DNA of 64,000 bases from positions 49,176 through 113,175 of the forward strand of contig JBGULC010000013.1 in assembly GCA_045114775.1 (NCBI GenBank), given 5' to 3'. Origin of the DNA: Christensenellales bacterium (GTDB lineage Bacteria; Bacillota; Clostridia; Christensenellales; CAG-138). Shown here piece by piece: positions 19,836 through 30,372 of this stretch (position 1 is its first letter; each line of letters opens with the position of its first letter). Position numbers and translations under genes: made by a program. The notes below the pieces were generated by a model. The model had not been told where the DNA came from, searched no databases, and was given only the letters and a program-made list of their open reading frames with translations.

Positions 19836-21899
19836 ATGGCACTGGATTACCGCAAGTGCGCTGAAGAGATCGCCAAATATATCGGCGGCGGCAGCAATGT
19901 CATCAGTGCGGCACACTGCGCGACCCGGCTCAGGCTGGTAATCGCAGACAACAGTAAGATCGATAAGAAAGCGCTTGAAGACGTCGAAGGCGTCAAGGGT
20001 ATGTTCGAGTCGAACGGTCAGCTCCAGCTGATCATCGGAACAGGTACGGTCAACAAGGTGTACGACGAGTTCCTCGCCGTCACCGGCGTGTCCGCCGCAA
20101 CGAAGGCGGACGTCAAGGCGGCTGCGGCATCCAAGATGCCGTGGTGGAAGAAGATCCTGAAGACCCCGGGCGACATCTTCGTCCCGATCCTCCCCGCAAT
20201 CGTCGCCTCCGGTCTAATGATGGGTATCGTCGAAGCGATCCCGAAGTTTGCGCCGGCATTCGGCAACACAGGTTGGTTTGCGTTCCTTGACCTTGTCGCG
20301 AACACCGCGTTCGCGCTGCTGCCCGTACTGGTCGCGATCTCCGCGGCGCGTGTATTCGGCGGCAACGTCTTCCTTGCTGCCGTCATCGGTCTGATGATGG
20401 TGCATCCGGCGCTTTTGAACGCATGGAACGCCGGTTCTGTACAGCAGGTAGCGATGTTCTTCGGGAAACCGCTTCCTTTGGATGCGGTACAGAACGCAAT
20501 CAATGGGTTGGAACCTGAGATAGCACAGTTGATACCGGCCAACTATCTCGCAATGTTCGATACGACAAACGGCGTCAGCGCTTCGGTGATCAACAGCCTG
20601 CCGGCAGATGCGGCAAGCGGGATTTGGGATGCGCTGAACTCCTCGCTGACTGTTGCGGACATCGGCGGCATCTCCCAGTTCACACTCTTCGGCAGCTACG
20701 GTATTTCGCAGGTCGGCTATCAGGGACACGTCATCCCGGTCATGCTTGCGGTATTCTTCATGTCGAAGCTTGAAAAACTGCTGCATAAGATTGTTCCCGA
20801 AATGATCGACCTGTTCGTCACGCCGCTCGTCACGGTCCTCGTCACGGCGCTCCTGACATTCACGGTCATCGGACCGATCTTCTCCCTCCTTGAGAACTAC
20901 GTATTGATCGGCGCCAAGTGGCTCGCAAGCACACCGTATACGTCATGGATTATGGGCGCGATCTATCCGTGGACCGTATTCCTGGGGCTGCATCATATGT
21001 ACAATGTCATAGAAGCCGGCATGATCGCGCAGACCGGTCTCAACACCTGGATGCCGATCGCATCCGCAGCGAACTTCGCACAGTTCGGCGCGTGCTTGGC
21101 GGTCGCGGTCAAGGTCAAGAACGCAAAGACCAAGTCGGTCGCGCTGCCCGCTTCGCTCTCCGCGTCCCTGGGCATCACGGAGCCCGCGATCTTCGGTGTC
21201 AACTACCGCTTCATGAAGCCGTTCCTGTTCGGCATGGCGGGCGGCGCGGTCGGCGCGCTGTTCGGTGCGTTGTTTAAGCTCGGCGCGCCGGTATACGGCG
21301 TCACCGGCATTCCGGCGATTCCGGCGGTCAACAATATTCCGCTGTATCTGGTCGAACTCCTGATCTCCGCGGGCGTAGCCTTCGTACTGACGATCTTCTT
21401 CTGGAAGGAAGAAAAGCCTGAAGAAAAGGCGAAGGAGCCCGAGCCCGAAAAGCCTCTGGAGCTTCCGACGGTCTCCGTCATCCGCTGCGCAGCCGGTACG
21501 GTCATGCAGCCGGTCGCGGGCAACGTCATCGCGCGTGATGCGATCCCGGACGATACCTTCGCTTCCGGTGTGCTCGGCGACGGCGTCGGCATTGAACCGA
21601 CGGAAGAGCTCGTCGTCGCGCCGTTTGACGGCACGATCAGCTCGGTCGCCGAAAGCAAGCATGCCATCGGCATCGAGGCGAACGGCATGGAAATGCTGAT
21701 CCATGTCGGCGTCGATACCGTCAATATGCAGGGCGACGGCTTCGAATGCCTCGTGAAAGAGGGCGACGAAGTCAAGCTCGGCCAGCCGCTGATCCGCTTC
21801 AGCCGTGAAAAGATCAAGGCGGCGGGCTACAGCGATACCGTTGCGGTGCTTCTTACCAATTCTGACGACCTCGAAGGCGTCGAATGCGGTGCGAAATAA
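19836..21899 (+). CDS. scrA: PTS sucrose/beta-glucoside-family EIIBCA
   Basis: EIIB HCATRLR; EIIC GYQGHVIP, GLHH, GITEPAIFG; EIIA D(T)FASGVLGDG, HAIG, LIHVGVDTV; start at MALDY. Confidence 0.88.
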   Translation: MALDYRKCAEEIAKYIGGGSNVISAAHCATRLRLVIADNSKIDKKALEDVEGVKGMFESNGQLQLIIGTGTVNKVYDEFLAVTGVSAATKADVKAAAASKMPWWKKILKTPGDIFVPILPAIVASGLMMGIVEAIPKFAPAFGNTGWFAFLDLVANTAFALLPVLVAISAARVFGGNVFLAAVIGLMMVHPALLNAWNAGSVQQVAMFFGKPLPLDAVQNAINGLEPEIAQLIPANYLAMFDTTNGVSASVINSLPADAASGIWDALNSSLTVADIGGISQFTLFGSYGISQVGYQGHVIPVMLAVFFMSKLEKLLHKIVPEMIDLFVTPLVTVLVTALLTFTVIGPIFSLLENYVLIGAKWLASTPYTSWIMGAIYPWTVFLGLHHMYNVIEAGMIAQTGLNTWMPIASAANFAQFGACLAVAVKVKNAKTKSVALPASLSASLGITEPAIFGVNYRFMKPFLFGMAGGAVGALFGALFKLGAPVYGVTGIPAIPAVNNIPLYLVELLISAGVAFVLTIFFWKEEKPEEKAKEPEPEKPLELPTVSVIRCAAGTVMQPVAGNVIARDAIPDDTFASGVLGDGVGIEPTEELVVAPFDGTISSVAESKHAIGIEANGMEMLIHVGVDTVNMQGDGFECLVKEGDEVKLGQPLIRFSREKIKAAGYSDTVAVLLTNSDDLEGVECGAK

Positions 21900-21929
21900 A
21901 CCATATCAATCATACAGGAGGACAATTCA

Positions 21930-22187
21930 ATGAAGTCGTTTGAGTACACCATCACCGATCCGGTCGGCATCCATGCGCGTCCCGCGGGCATTCTGGTCAA
22001 GGAGATCAAGAAGTACGGCGCGACCGTTACCGTCAATAAGGGCGAAAAATCCGTCAACGCGCTGAAGCTGATGGCGCTGATGGGCATGGGCATCAAGCAG
22101 GGCGACACGATCCGTGTCGACGTCGAAGGTGCGGATGAGGAGAAAGTTGCCGCCGAGATCGAGGCGTTCTTCAAGGCGAATCTGTAA
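21930..22187 (+). CDS. ptsH: Phosphocarrier protein HPr
   Basis: GIHARPA with His15; position 46 is Lys. Confidence 0.92.
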   Translation: MKSFEYTITDPVGIHARPAGILVKEIKKYGATVTVNKGEKSVNALKLMALMGMGIKQGDTIRVDVEGADEEKVAAEIEAFFKANL

Positions 22188-22198
22188 TCACCGTAATG

Positions 22199-22226
22199 AG
22201 GCGGCTGTCAGAACGGCAGCCGCCTT
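22199..22226 (+). other. Stem-loop between ptsH and ptsI
   Basis: AGGCGGCTGTC-AGAA-CGGCAGCCGCCT; no clear U tract. Confidence 0.45.
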
Positions 22227-22254
22227 AGTACATTTTCAGATATGGAGGTAAACT

Positions 22255-23937
22255 ATGATCACGATCCAAGGTAAGGGCGTAAGTACCGGCGTTGCGCTCG
22301 GCCCCCTGTATTTCTATCAGCGCGCCAAGAGCACGGTCACGCGCTATGAAGTGACCGACACGGACGCCGAATGGGCGCGGTTCAAGGCGGCGCAGGAGAA
22401 GGCGATCGCAGAGCTCGGCGAGCTGGCCGAGAAGGCGAGAGCCGAAGCGGGCGACGAGGCGGCGATGCTGTTTGAAACGCATCAGATGATGGCGGAGGAC
22501 CTCGATTACGAGGAGAGCATTCAGAACGCGATCAACGAGAACAAACTGAACGCCGAAGCGGCCGTTTCCGATACCGCGGAGCAGTTTGCGGAGATGTTCG
22601 CGTCCATGGACGATGCGTATTTCCGTGCGCGCGCGGCGGACGTCAAGGACGTGTCCGGCCGGATCTTAGGCATTCTGACCGGCGCGGTCGCGGGCGGCGT
22701 GGATTCGCCGGTCCCGGTCATCCTCGCGGCGGACGATCTTGCGCCGAGCGAGACGGTGCAGCTCGATAAGAGCAAGATCCTGGGCTTTATCACCGAGGGC
22801 GGCAGCGGATCGAGCCACACGGCGATCCTTGCGCGCACGATGGGCATTCCCGCGATCATCGGCGTCGGCGACGCAATGAAGCCCGAGATGGCGGGGCATG
22901 AGGTCATCATCGACGGCTCGAACGGCAACATTCTGGTTGACGCGGACGACGCGGCCCGCATGAAGATGCTGAAGAAGCTGGAAGAGCAGAAAAAGATGCA
23001 GGCGCTTCTCGATGAGCTCAAGGGCAAGCCGAACGTCACGAAGGACGGACAGAGCGTACGCATCTACTGCAACATCGGCAGCCCGGACGACGTCGCGGCC
23101 GTGCTGAAGAACGACGCGGGCGGCGTCGGCCTGTTCCGCAGCGAGTTCCTGTACCTGAACTGCGAGGACTATCCGGACGAGGAATACCAGTTCGAGGCAT
23201 ATAAGAAGGCGCTGTCCGACATGGGCGGCAGAGAGGTCGTCATCCGCACGCTCGACATCGGCGCGGACAAGCAGATCGGCTATTTCAATCTTCCGAACGA
23301 GGAGAACCCGGCGCTCGGCAATCGCGCCCTGCGCATCTGCCTGAACCGCCCGGAGATCTTCCATACGCAGATCCGCGCGCTCTACCGCGCATCCGCGTTC
23401 GGAAAGCTCAGTATCATGTTCCCGATGGTCACGTCCGTCTGGGAGGTGCGCGAGGCGAAGAAGATGTGCGAACGTGTCAAGAAGGAACTGCACGACGAGG
23501 GCATCCCGTTCGACAACGACGTCGAGGTCGGCATCATGATCGAAACCCCGGCGGCGGCGATCATCTCCGACCGCCTTGCGAAGGAAGTCGACTTCTTCTC
23601 CTGCGGCACGAACGACCTGACGCAGTACACGCTTGCCTGCGACCGTCAGAACAACGACCTCGGACGGTTCTTCAACCCGCATCATCCGGCGGTGCTGCGC
23701 CTTCTCAAGATGGTCTGCGACAACGCGCATAAGAACGGCATCTGGGTCGGCATCTGCGGAGAGCTCGGCGCAGACCTTGCGCTCACGGAAACGTTCCTGT
23801 CGATCGGCATCGACGAGCTTTCCGTTTCGCCGCGTTCGGTGCTGCCGCTTCGGCAGAAGGTCCGCGAGACCGATGTGCGCATCGTGCGCGAAAAGGTGCT
23901 CGCCGATCTCATGGGCGACGCGAACACCGAGATCTGA
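22255..23937 (+). CDS. ptsI: PEP-protein phosphotransferase (PTS enzyme I)
   Basis: SSHTAILAR, GLFRSEFLY, RTLDIGADK, MIETP, GTNDLTQY, GICGEL. Confidence 0.96.
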   Translation: MITIQGKGVSTGVALGPLYFYQRAKSTVTRYEVTDTDAEWARFKAAQEKAIAELGELAEKARAEAGDEAAMLFETHQMMAEDLDYEESIQNAINENKLNAEAAVSDTAEQFAEMFASMDDAYFRARAADVKDVSGRILGILTGAVAGGVDSPVPVILAADDLAPSETVQLDKSKILGFITEGGSGSSHTAILARTMGIPAIIGVGDAMKPEMAGHEVIIDGSNGNILVDADDAARMKMLKKLEEQKKMQALLDELKGKPNVTKDGQSVRIYCNIGSPDDVAAVLKNDAGGVGLFRSEFLYLNCEDYPDEEYQFEAYKKALSDMGGREVVIRTLDIGADKQIGYFNLPNEENPALGNRALRICLNRPEIFHTQIRALYRASAFGKLSIMFPMVTSVWEVREAKKMCERVKKELHDEGIPFDNDVEVGIMIETPAAAIISDRLAKEVDFFSCGTNDLTQYTLACDRQNNDLGRFFNPHHPAVLRLLKMVCDNAHKNGIWVGICGELGADLALTETFLSIGIDELSVSPRSVLPLRQKVRETDVRIVREKVLADLMGDANTEI

Positions 23938-24137
23938 CGGCCGACGGATCCGCGTAAATCGAATGTGCCGTGTTCCGCCGGGCTGCTCCGGGAACGGTTT
24001 GGGAGACGGAAAGACGCCCTGACGATTCTGCAAACAGCGTTTAGCCGGAAGAAAACGGCTGACATCCGTTCGGAAAAGACGTTTCAGACATTTCGCGGCA
24101 TCGAAAATAACGTGCACACGGAGAAAAAGACATATGG

Positions 24138-24184
24138 AAAGTCCTGTCTTCCGAGGAACAATACCTCGGGAAACAGGACTTTTT
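24138..24184. terminator. Rho-independent terminator, probably bidirectional
   Basis: AAAGTCCTGTCTTCCGAGG...CCTCGGGAAACAGGACTTTTT. Confidence 0.6.
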
Positions 24185-24348
24185 GCGATTGCAGAAGCGT
24201 TGTTCGCCGATCAATCCGCTCAGCTTTTCGCGTCAAGGAGTGACCGGAATGACGCTTGTTTATCGATCGCCTGACGGACTGACCGGATCGCGCGGACACG
24301 GTCTGCATGTTTGGCAGCATGCCTCTTGCCGGGCGGAGAATATAGCGA

Positions 24349-24975
24349 TCAAAGCATTTCGACAATTTGCTCGTAAACCGTTTGGGAGATCTCCAAAGTT
24401 CGATGCAGCAGGTCTTCTCCCTTCAAACGGTAAGACTCTGCTTTTTCTCTGTCTTTCAGAAAGGACAGATTGATCAGAACGTTCAGCCAGGCGCTTTGGA
24501 CGGCGGCGCCGAGCATCAGCGCAGCGACGCCCATGTCGCTCACGGCGTTGACGTTGGTTTTTCCCAGCATACCCTGAACCAGACTGACCGTCTCAAGTGA
24601 GAGGCTCATCACGTGCAGAGGGGATTCGATACAGGAGATCAGCGCGTCCTGTATTGCGGCGGAACGAATGGCTTTTTCCTCCGCGGTCTGCTTGGGAAGC
24701 TTCAGCGCGGCGGAGAAGCCGTGGAAGACCTCGGCGTCATACTCCATTGCGTCCAGAAAGGCGGTACGGAGGGCGGCGCATTTTTCCATGCCGGCGGCGG
24801 TCTCCTCCTGATACTGCGCGTAGCGTTCCCGAAAGGACGTCAAGGCGAAAACCATTTCGGCAAGGGAGGATCCCAGGGAGCCGGTCAAAGCAGCCGCTGC
24901 ACCTCCGCCGGGAGCGGCGGCATCGGACCCAAGCAATTCAAAGAAAGAACGTACGGTCAGATCGGAAAGGCTCAT
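24349..24975 (-). CDS. Cyclodeaminase/cyclohydrolase family protein (FTCD_C; FchA-like methenyl-THF cyclohydrolase)
   Basis: LGSDAAAPGGGAAAA, LKLPK, NAVSDMGVA, AWLNVLINL; start at MSLSD after AAGGAG. Confidence 0.85.
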   Translation of the reverse strand: MSLSDLTVRSFFELLGSDAAAPGGGAAAALTGSLGSSLAEMVFALTSFRERYAQYQEETAAGMEKCAALRTAFLDAMEYDAEVFHGFSAALKLPKQTAEEKAIRSAAIQDALISCIESPLHVMSLSLETVSLVQGMLGKTNVNAVSDMGVAALMLGAAVQSAWLNVLINLSFLKDREKAESYRLKGEDLLHRTLEISQTVYEQIVEML

Positions 24976-25169
24976 AGGTGTTTCTCCTTGTATCGTTTTT
25001 TGCGGGGGACCGGTGAGATCAATGCCCGAAAGTACATACATATTATATAGCCTATTCTGCCGTAAAAAGCAAGTGATTTTCTGCTCGTCGACAATCTGCG
25101 GTCATAAGAACGGGCGATTCTTTTCCCCAAACCGGTATTATATATCTGCTTGACAGCTTCGCTTTGGGG

Positions 25170-25199
25170 TTGACAGAGCGCACCGCCTTGTGATAGAGT
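25170..25199 (+). promoter_or_regulatory. Promoter of the pyr-pur cluster
   Basis: TTGACA-18 bp-TAGAGT with TG extension; a second TTGACAG lies 20 bp upstream. Confidence 0.45.
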
Positions 25200-25248
25200 A
25201 GAAACGTTGATTGGAAAGCAAGCCCCTGCGAACACGAGAGGACAAATC

Positions 25249-26463
25249 ATGGCAGAGAACCGTTTTATCAGCGAATATCTCCGGAATGCCGGGGGATCGG
25301 TCCCCCTTGATACGGCGGGATTTCTGCCCCCTTCCGACCACAGCACGATCATACTGCCCGGCTTTTGCGATGTACACGTACATCTCCGCGAGCCGGGTTT
25401 TTCTTATAAAGAAACGATCGCAAGCGGCACCGCGGCAGCCGCAAGAGGCGGCTATACCGCCGTGTGCGCCATGCCGAATCTGAACCCCGTGCCGGACAGT
25501 ATTGCGCATCTGGCGATTCAGGAAGCAAGCATCGCCGCGCAGTCGCGCGTTCACGTTTACCCCTACGGCGCGATCAGCGTGGGCGAACGGGGCGAGCAGC
25601 TTGCCGATCTTGAGACTTTAGCGCCGCGCGTGATCGCTTTTTCCGACGACGGCAAAGGTGTGCAGAACGACGATCTGATGCGCGAGGCGATGCAGACAGC
25701 GAAGCGGCTTCATAAGCTGATCGCCGCACATTGCGAGGACAACCGTCTTTTGCACGGCGGATATATCCACGACGGCGCGTACGCTTCGGCGCACGGTCAT
25801 GCGGGCATCTGCTCCGAAAGCGAGTGGGGACAGATCCGCCGGGACCTTGATCTGGTCCACGAAACGGGCTGCGCCTACCACGTCTGTCATATCTCGACAA
25901 AGGAGAGCGTCGCGCTGATCCGGCAGGCAAAGCGGGAAAGGCTGAACGTGTCCTGCGAGACCGCGCCGCACTATCTGGTCCTGGACGAAACCGATCTCAA
26001 AGAGGACGGACGCTTCAAGATGAACCCGCCTCTGCGGAGTCCTAAGGACCGCGAAGCGCTGATCGAGGGACTTTTGGACGGTACGATCGATATGATCGCC
26101 ACCGATCACGCGCCGCACAGCGCCGAAGAGAAGGCGAAGGGCCTGCGCGGCAGCGCGTTCGGGATCGTCGGACTGGAGACCGCTTTCCCGGTGCTCTATA
26201 CCAAGCTGGTCGTTTCGGGCGTGCTGCCCCTCGAAAAGCTTGTCGATCTGCTTGCGTACCGCCCGAGGGAACGTTTCGGGATCCCGCTTCGGGAAAACGA
26301 TTATTCGGTCTGGGATCTGGACGCGGCGTATACCGTCGATCCGGATGCATTCTTAAGCAAAGGCCGCGCGACGCCGTTTGCGGGCATGCAGGTACACGGC
26401 AGATGCCTGATGACCGTATGCGGCGGCAAGCCGGTTTACACGGCGGAGGACGGAGCGATATGA
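25249..26463 (+). CDS. pyrC: Dihydroorotase
   Basis: PGFCDVHVHLREPG, MPN, AHCED, CHIST, KMNPPLR, ATDHAPH, GIVGLET. Confidence 0.93.
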   Translation: MAENRFISEYLRNAGGSVPLDTAGFLPPSDHSTIILPGFCDVHVHLREPGFSYKETIASGTAAAARGGYTAVCAMPNLNPVPDSIAHLAIQEASIAAQSRVHVYPYGAISVGERGEQLADLETLAPRVIAFSDDGKGVQNDDLMREAMQTAKRLHKLIAAHCEDNRLLHGGYIHDGAYASAHGHAGICSESEWGQIRRDLDLVHETGCAYHVCHISTKESVALIRQAKRERLNVSCETAPHYLVLDETDLKEDGRFKMNPPLRSPKDREALIEGLLDGTIDMIATDHAPHSAEEKAKGLRGSAFGIVGLETAFPVLYTKLVVSGVLPLEKLVDLLAYRPRERFGIPLRENDYSVWDLDAAYTVDPDAFLSKGRATPFAGMQVHGRCLMTVCGGKPVYTAEDGAI

Positions 26464-27194
26464 ACGATGTGATCTTTACCGTCGCGGCGCAGAAGCGTCT
26501 GACGGACAACGTATATGAGATCCGGCTCACGGGCGACACGTCGGCGATCACCCGACCGGGACAGTTTGTGAATCTGAAGCTGGACGGGCTTTTTCTTCGG
26601 AGACCGCTGTCCGTCTGCGATCTCGAGGGAGACGCGCTGACGCTGATCTACAAGGTCGTCGGCCGCGGTACGGCGTTTTTACGCGGCATGACGCCGGGAC
26701 AGACGATCCCGGTGCTGACAGGGTTAGGCAACGGCTATAATACGGCGCTTTCCGGAGACAGGCCGCTGTTGATCGGAGGAGGCGTCGGTGTACCGCCGCT
26801 GTATCTGTTGGCAAAGCGCCTGCGCGCCGAGGGAAAGAACGTCTTTGCGGTCCTCGGCTTCAATACCGCCGCGGAGAGCTTCTATGAAGAGCAATTCCGG
26901 GCGCTCGGCTGCACGGTCGTCGTGACTACGGCGGACGGTTCCTGTGGGATCCGGGGCTTCGTCACCGACGCGCTGCCGGAGGATTATACCCATGTTTACA
27001 CCTGCGGTCCGGAGCCGATGCTGCGCGCCGTGTACCGCAAGATCAAAACAGGCGGGTCGTTCAGCTTTGAGAAGCGCATGGGCTGCGGCTTCGGCGCGTG
27101 TATGGGCTGTTCCTGCAAAACAATCGCCGGATACAAGCGCATCTGCAAGGAAGGTCCCGTACTGGAGAAGGAGGAGATCCTATGGGAAGACTGA
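26460..27194 (+). CDS. pyrK: Dihydroorotate dehydrogenase B electron transfer subunit
   Basis: PGQFV, LRRPLS, GGGVGVPP, CGPEPM, MGCGFGACMGC, ICKEGPV. Confidence 0.93.
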   Translation: MNDVIFTVAAQKRLTDNVYEIRLTGDTSAITRPGQFVNLKLDGLFLRRPLSVCDLEGDALTLIYKVVGRGTAFLRGMTPGQTIPVLTGLGNGYNTALSGDRPLLIGGGVGVPPLYLLAKRLRAEGKNVFAVLGFNTAAESFYEEQFRALGCTVVVTTADGSCGIRGFVTDALPEDYTHVYTCGPEPMLRAVYRKIKTGGSFSFEKRMGCGFGACMGCSCKTIAGYKRICKEGPVLEKEEILWED

Positions 27195-28087
27195 GCGTTG
27201 ATCTCTGTGGGATCGAGCTGGACAATCCCGTCATCCCGGCGTCCGGCACGTTCGGGTACGGCTGGGAGTTTGCCGAGCTGTACGACATCAATATTTTAGG
27301 CACGTTCTCCTTTAAGGGGACAACGCGGGAACCGCGCTTCGGCAACCCGACGCCGCGGATCGCGGATTGCTCCGCAGGCATGCTGAACGCCGTGGGGTTG
27401 CAGAATCCCGGCGTGGACCGGGTCATCGATACGGAACTGAAGAAGCTCGAGGCCGTTTTTCATAAGCCGGTCATGGCGAACGTCAGCGGGTTTTCCGTCG
27501 AGGAATACGCGGAGGTCAGCGCGAAGCTGGACGCGCAGCCGCAGGTCGGATGGCTGGAGGTCAATATTTCCTGCCCGAACGTCCACGGTGGCGGCATGAG
27601 CTTCGGCACCGATCCCGCGCAGGCGGCATCCGTGGTGCGCGCGGTCAAGGCCGTAACGACAAAGCCAGTGATCATCAAGCTGACGCCGAACGTGACGGAC
27701 ATCGTGACGATCGCAAAAGCCTGCGAGCAGGCGGGCGCGGACGGGATCAGCCTGATCAATACGCTTCTGGGCATGCGGATCGATTTGAAAACCCGTAAGC
27801 CCGTTCTTGCCAACGTGACCGGCGGGCTTTCGGGTCCCGCGGTCTTTCCGGTTGCCCTGCGCATGGTATGGCAGGTCGCACGCGCCGTAAAGATCCCCGT
27901 CGTCGGCATGGGCGGGATCTCCTGCGCCGAGGACGTACTGGAAATGCTGACGGCAGGCGCCGCTGCCGTCGAGGTGGGGGCGGCGAATCTTGTCGACCCG
28001 ATGGCATGTAAAAAGATCATCGAGGCTTTACCGGAAGCAATGGACCGGTACGGCATTTGCAATCTTCATGAACTGAGAGGAGCATAA
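27182..28087 (+). CDS. pyrD: Dihydroorotate dehydrogenase B catalytic subunit
   Basis: ASGTFG, GNPTPR, NAVGLQNPG, NISCPN, KLTPN, INT, GGLSG. Confidence 0.95.
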   Translation: MGRLSVDLCGIELDNPVIPASGTFGYGWEFAELYDINILGTFSFKGTTREPRFGNPTPRIADCSAGMLNAVGLQNPGVDRVIDTELKKLEAVFHKPVMANVSGFSVEEYAEVSAKLDAQPQVGWLEVNISCPNVHGGGMSFGTDPAQAASVVRAVKAVTTKPVIIKLTPNVTDIVTIAKACEQAGADGISLINTLLGMRIDLKTRKPVLANVTGGLSGPAVFPVALRMVWQVARAVKIPVVGMGGISCAEDVLEMLTAGAAAVEVGAANLVDPMACKKIIEALPEAMDRYGICNLHELRGA

Positions 28088-28088
28088 C

Positions 28089-28787
28089 ATGGGAAAAGAC
28101 GTCATCATCGCCTGCGATTTTCCGACCGCGGCGCAAACCATGACCTTTCTGGACCGCTTTCCCGAACGGAAGCCGTTCGTGAAGATCGGCATGGAGCTTT
28201 TCTATGCCGAGGGACCGTCCGTTGTGCGCGAGATCAAAGCCCGCGGACATAAGATCTTTCTGGACCTGAAGCTGCACGACATTCCGAACACCGTCAAAAA
28301 AGCGATGGCGGTACTGTCCGGACTGGACGCGGACATCGTGAACCTTCACGCCGCGGGGACGGCGGAGATGATGCGCGCCGCGCTGGAGGGGCTGACCCGC
28401 CCCGATGGCACCCGACCGCTTTTGATCGCCGTGACGCAGCTGACCTCGACCGATCAGACCGCTTTGGAACATGAACTTCTGATCGACCGTCCGATGGACG
28501 AGGTGGTCCTCGCTTATGCCGAAAACGCGAAGAACGCGGGGTTGGACGGCGTGGTCTGCTCGCCGCTGGAGGCGGGGAAGGTCCACAGCCGCTGCGGGTC
28601 CGGTTTTCTGACCGTCACCCCGGGCATCCGGTTTGCCGACGGGGAGAAGGGCGATCAGAAACGGATCATGACGCCCGCGCAGGCAAAGCTAGAAGGTTCG
28701 GACTACATCGTCGTGGGCCGTCCGATCACTGCCGCAGCCGATCCCGCAGCCGCGTACGCGCGCTGCTGCGCCGAGTTTATAGATTGA
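28089..28787 (+). CDS. pyrF: Orotidine-5'-phosphate decarboxylase
   Basis: FLDLKLHDIPNT, VTQLTS, TPGIR, VVGRPIT. Confidence 0.96.
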   Translation: MGKDVIIACDFPTAAQTMTFLDRFPERKPFVKIGMELFYAEGPSVVREIKARGHKIFLDLKLHDIPNTVKKAMAVLSGLDADIVNLHAAGTAEMMRAALEGLTRPDGTRPLLIAVTQLTSTDQTALEHELLIDRPMDEVVLAYAENAKNAGLDGVVCSPLEAGKVHSRCGSGFLTVTPGIRFADGEKGDQKRIMTPAQAKLEGSDYIVVGRPITAAADPAAAYARCCAEFID

Positions 28788-28804
28788 GAAAGGAAACGAA
28801 AGAC

Positions 28805-29449
28805 ATGGAACTGTCAACGCTGATCGCAAAGGACCTGTTGTCCATTCGCGCGGTCTTCTTCCGCCCCGAGGAGCCCTTCCTCTGGGCGAGCGGGATCAAG
28901 AGCCCCATCTACTGCGACAACCGTCTGACGCTCACGGCGCCTGCGGTCCGCAACGATGTGGAAAACGGTCTTGCGGAGCTAGTCCGAACCTATTACCCGG
29001 AGGTCGAGGTCCTGATGGGCACGTCCACCGCGGGAATCGCGCACGCCGCCATCGTCGGGCATCTTTTGGGGCTGCCGATGGGCTACGTCCGCGGCGGGAA
29101 CAAGGATCACGGCCGTCAGAACCGCATCGAGGGACGGCTGGAGCCCGGGCAGAAGGTGGTCGTGGTGGAGGATCTGATCTCCACCGGCGGCTCTGTCATC
29201 GAGGTCGTGGAAGCGCTGCGGGACGCGGGTGCAGAGGTCCTCGGCGTCGTATCCATCTTCACCTACGGCATGAAAAAAGGCCTGGAACGGCTTTGCGCCG
29301 CGCAGGTCGAGAACCATTCTCTGACGGACTTCGACCGCATCGTCGCGGTCGCCGCCGAAGAGAACTATATCAAAGCAGAAGACGTGGAACGGCTGATCGC
29401 CTTCCGCGATAACCCATCGGATGAAAGCTGGATCGGAGGTAACAAATGA
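28805..29449 (+). CDS. pyrE: Orotate phosphoribosyltransferase
   Basis: [29 protein letters not shown]. Confidence 0.96.
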   Translation: MELSTLIAKDLLSIRAVFFRPEEPFLWASGIKSPIYCDNRLTLTAPAVRNDVENGLAELVRTYYPEVEVLMGTSTAGIAHAAIVGHLLGLPMGYVRGGNKDHGRQNRIEGRLEPGQKVVVVEDLISTGGSVIEVVEALRDAGAEVLGVVSIFTYGMKKGLERLCAAQVENHSLTDFDRIVAVAAEENYIKAEDVERLIAFRDNPSDESWIGGNK

Positions 29450-30372
29450 AACGAAGCATCATCGACATTCTGGATCTGAGCACTCAGGAACTGGAGGAGC
29501 TCATCGCAACGGCGGAGGACATCATCGCCGACCCCGACAAATATGCGCATGCATGCGACCGCAAGAAGCTGGCGACGCTCTTCTTTGAACCGTCGACCCG
29601 TACCCGCATGAGCTTCGAAGCGGCGATGTACGAGCTGGGCGGACACGTGATCTCCGTGTCCAGCGCCATGTCGTCCTCGGCGGCCAAGGGCGAGAGCGTA
29701 GCGGACACGGCGAAGACCGTCTCCTGCTATGCGGACATTATCGCCATGCGGCATCCCAAGGAAGGCGCTGCCTACGTGGCGGCCACCAACGCGACGATCC
29801 CCGTGATCAACGCGGGCGACGGCGGGCACTGCCACCCCACGCAGACGCTGGCGGACCTTCTGACCATCTGGCGTGAAAAGCGCCGCTTCGAGGGGCTGAC
29901 CATCGGCCTTTGCGGCGACCTGAAGTTCGGGCGCACGGTGCATTCCCTGATCAACGCCATGTCCCGCTACAACGGCAATCGGTTCGTGCTGATCTCGCCC
30001 GAGGAGCTCAAGGTTCCCTCGTACGTGAAGAAGGGCAGTCTGAAGAAATTCAACATTCCCTATACCCAGACGACCGATCTCGAGGCGGTCATGCCCGAGC
30101 TTGACATTCTCTACATGACCAGAGTCCAGCGCGAGCGTTTCTTCAATGAAGAAGATTACCTTCGCCTGAAGGACAGCTACATCCTTACCCCGGACAAGCT
30201 GAAGAACGCGAAGCCCGATCTCGCCATTCTGCATCCGCTGCCCCGCGTCAACGAGATCAGCGTCGCCATCGACGACGATCCGAGAGCCTGCTATTTCAAG
30301 CAGGTATTGAACGGCAAATACATGAGAATGGCTTTGATTTTGAAACTTTTAAAGGAGGCCGGCACAATATGA
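29446..30372 (+). CDS. pyrB: Aspartate carbamoyltransferase catalytic subunit
   Basis: [41 protein letters not shown]. Confidence 0.96.
   Translation: MKRSIIDILDLSTQELEELIATAEDIIADPDKYAHACDRKKLATLFFEPSTRTRMSFEAAMYELGGHVISVSSAMSSSAAKGESVADTAKTVSCYADIIAMRHPKEGAAYVAATNATIPVINAGDGGHCHPTQTLADLLTIWREKRRFEGLTIGLCGDLKFGRTVHSLINAMSRYNGNRFVLISPEELKVPSYVKKGSLKKFNIPYTQTTDLEAVMPELDILYMTRVQRERFFNEEDYLRLKDSYILTPDKLKNAKPDLAILHPLPRVNEISVAIDDDPRACYFKQVLNGKYMRMALILKLLKEAGTI

Noticed and set aside
24976-25248. PyrR attenuator, purine riboswitch or ZTP riboswitch for the pyr-pur cluster
   Set aside because: No matching consensus seen and the predicted leader is short; an Rfam scan would be needed to exclude them fully.
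25249-25350. PyrC looks short at the N-terminus, suggesting a pseudogene
   Set aside because: It has an RBS and all metal-binding and catalytic motifs; treated as an intact short variant.
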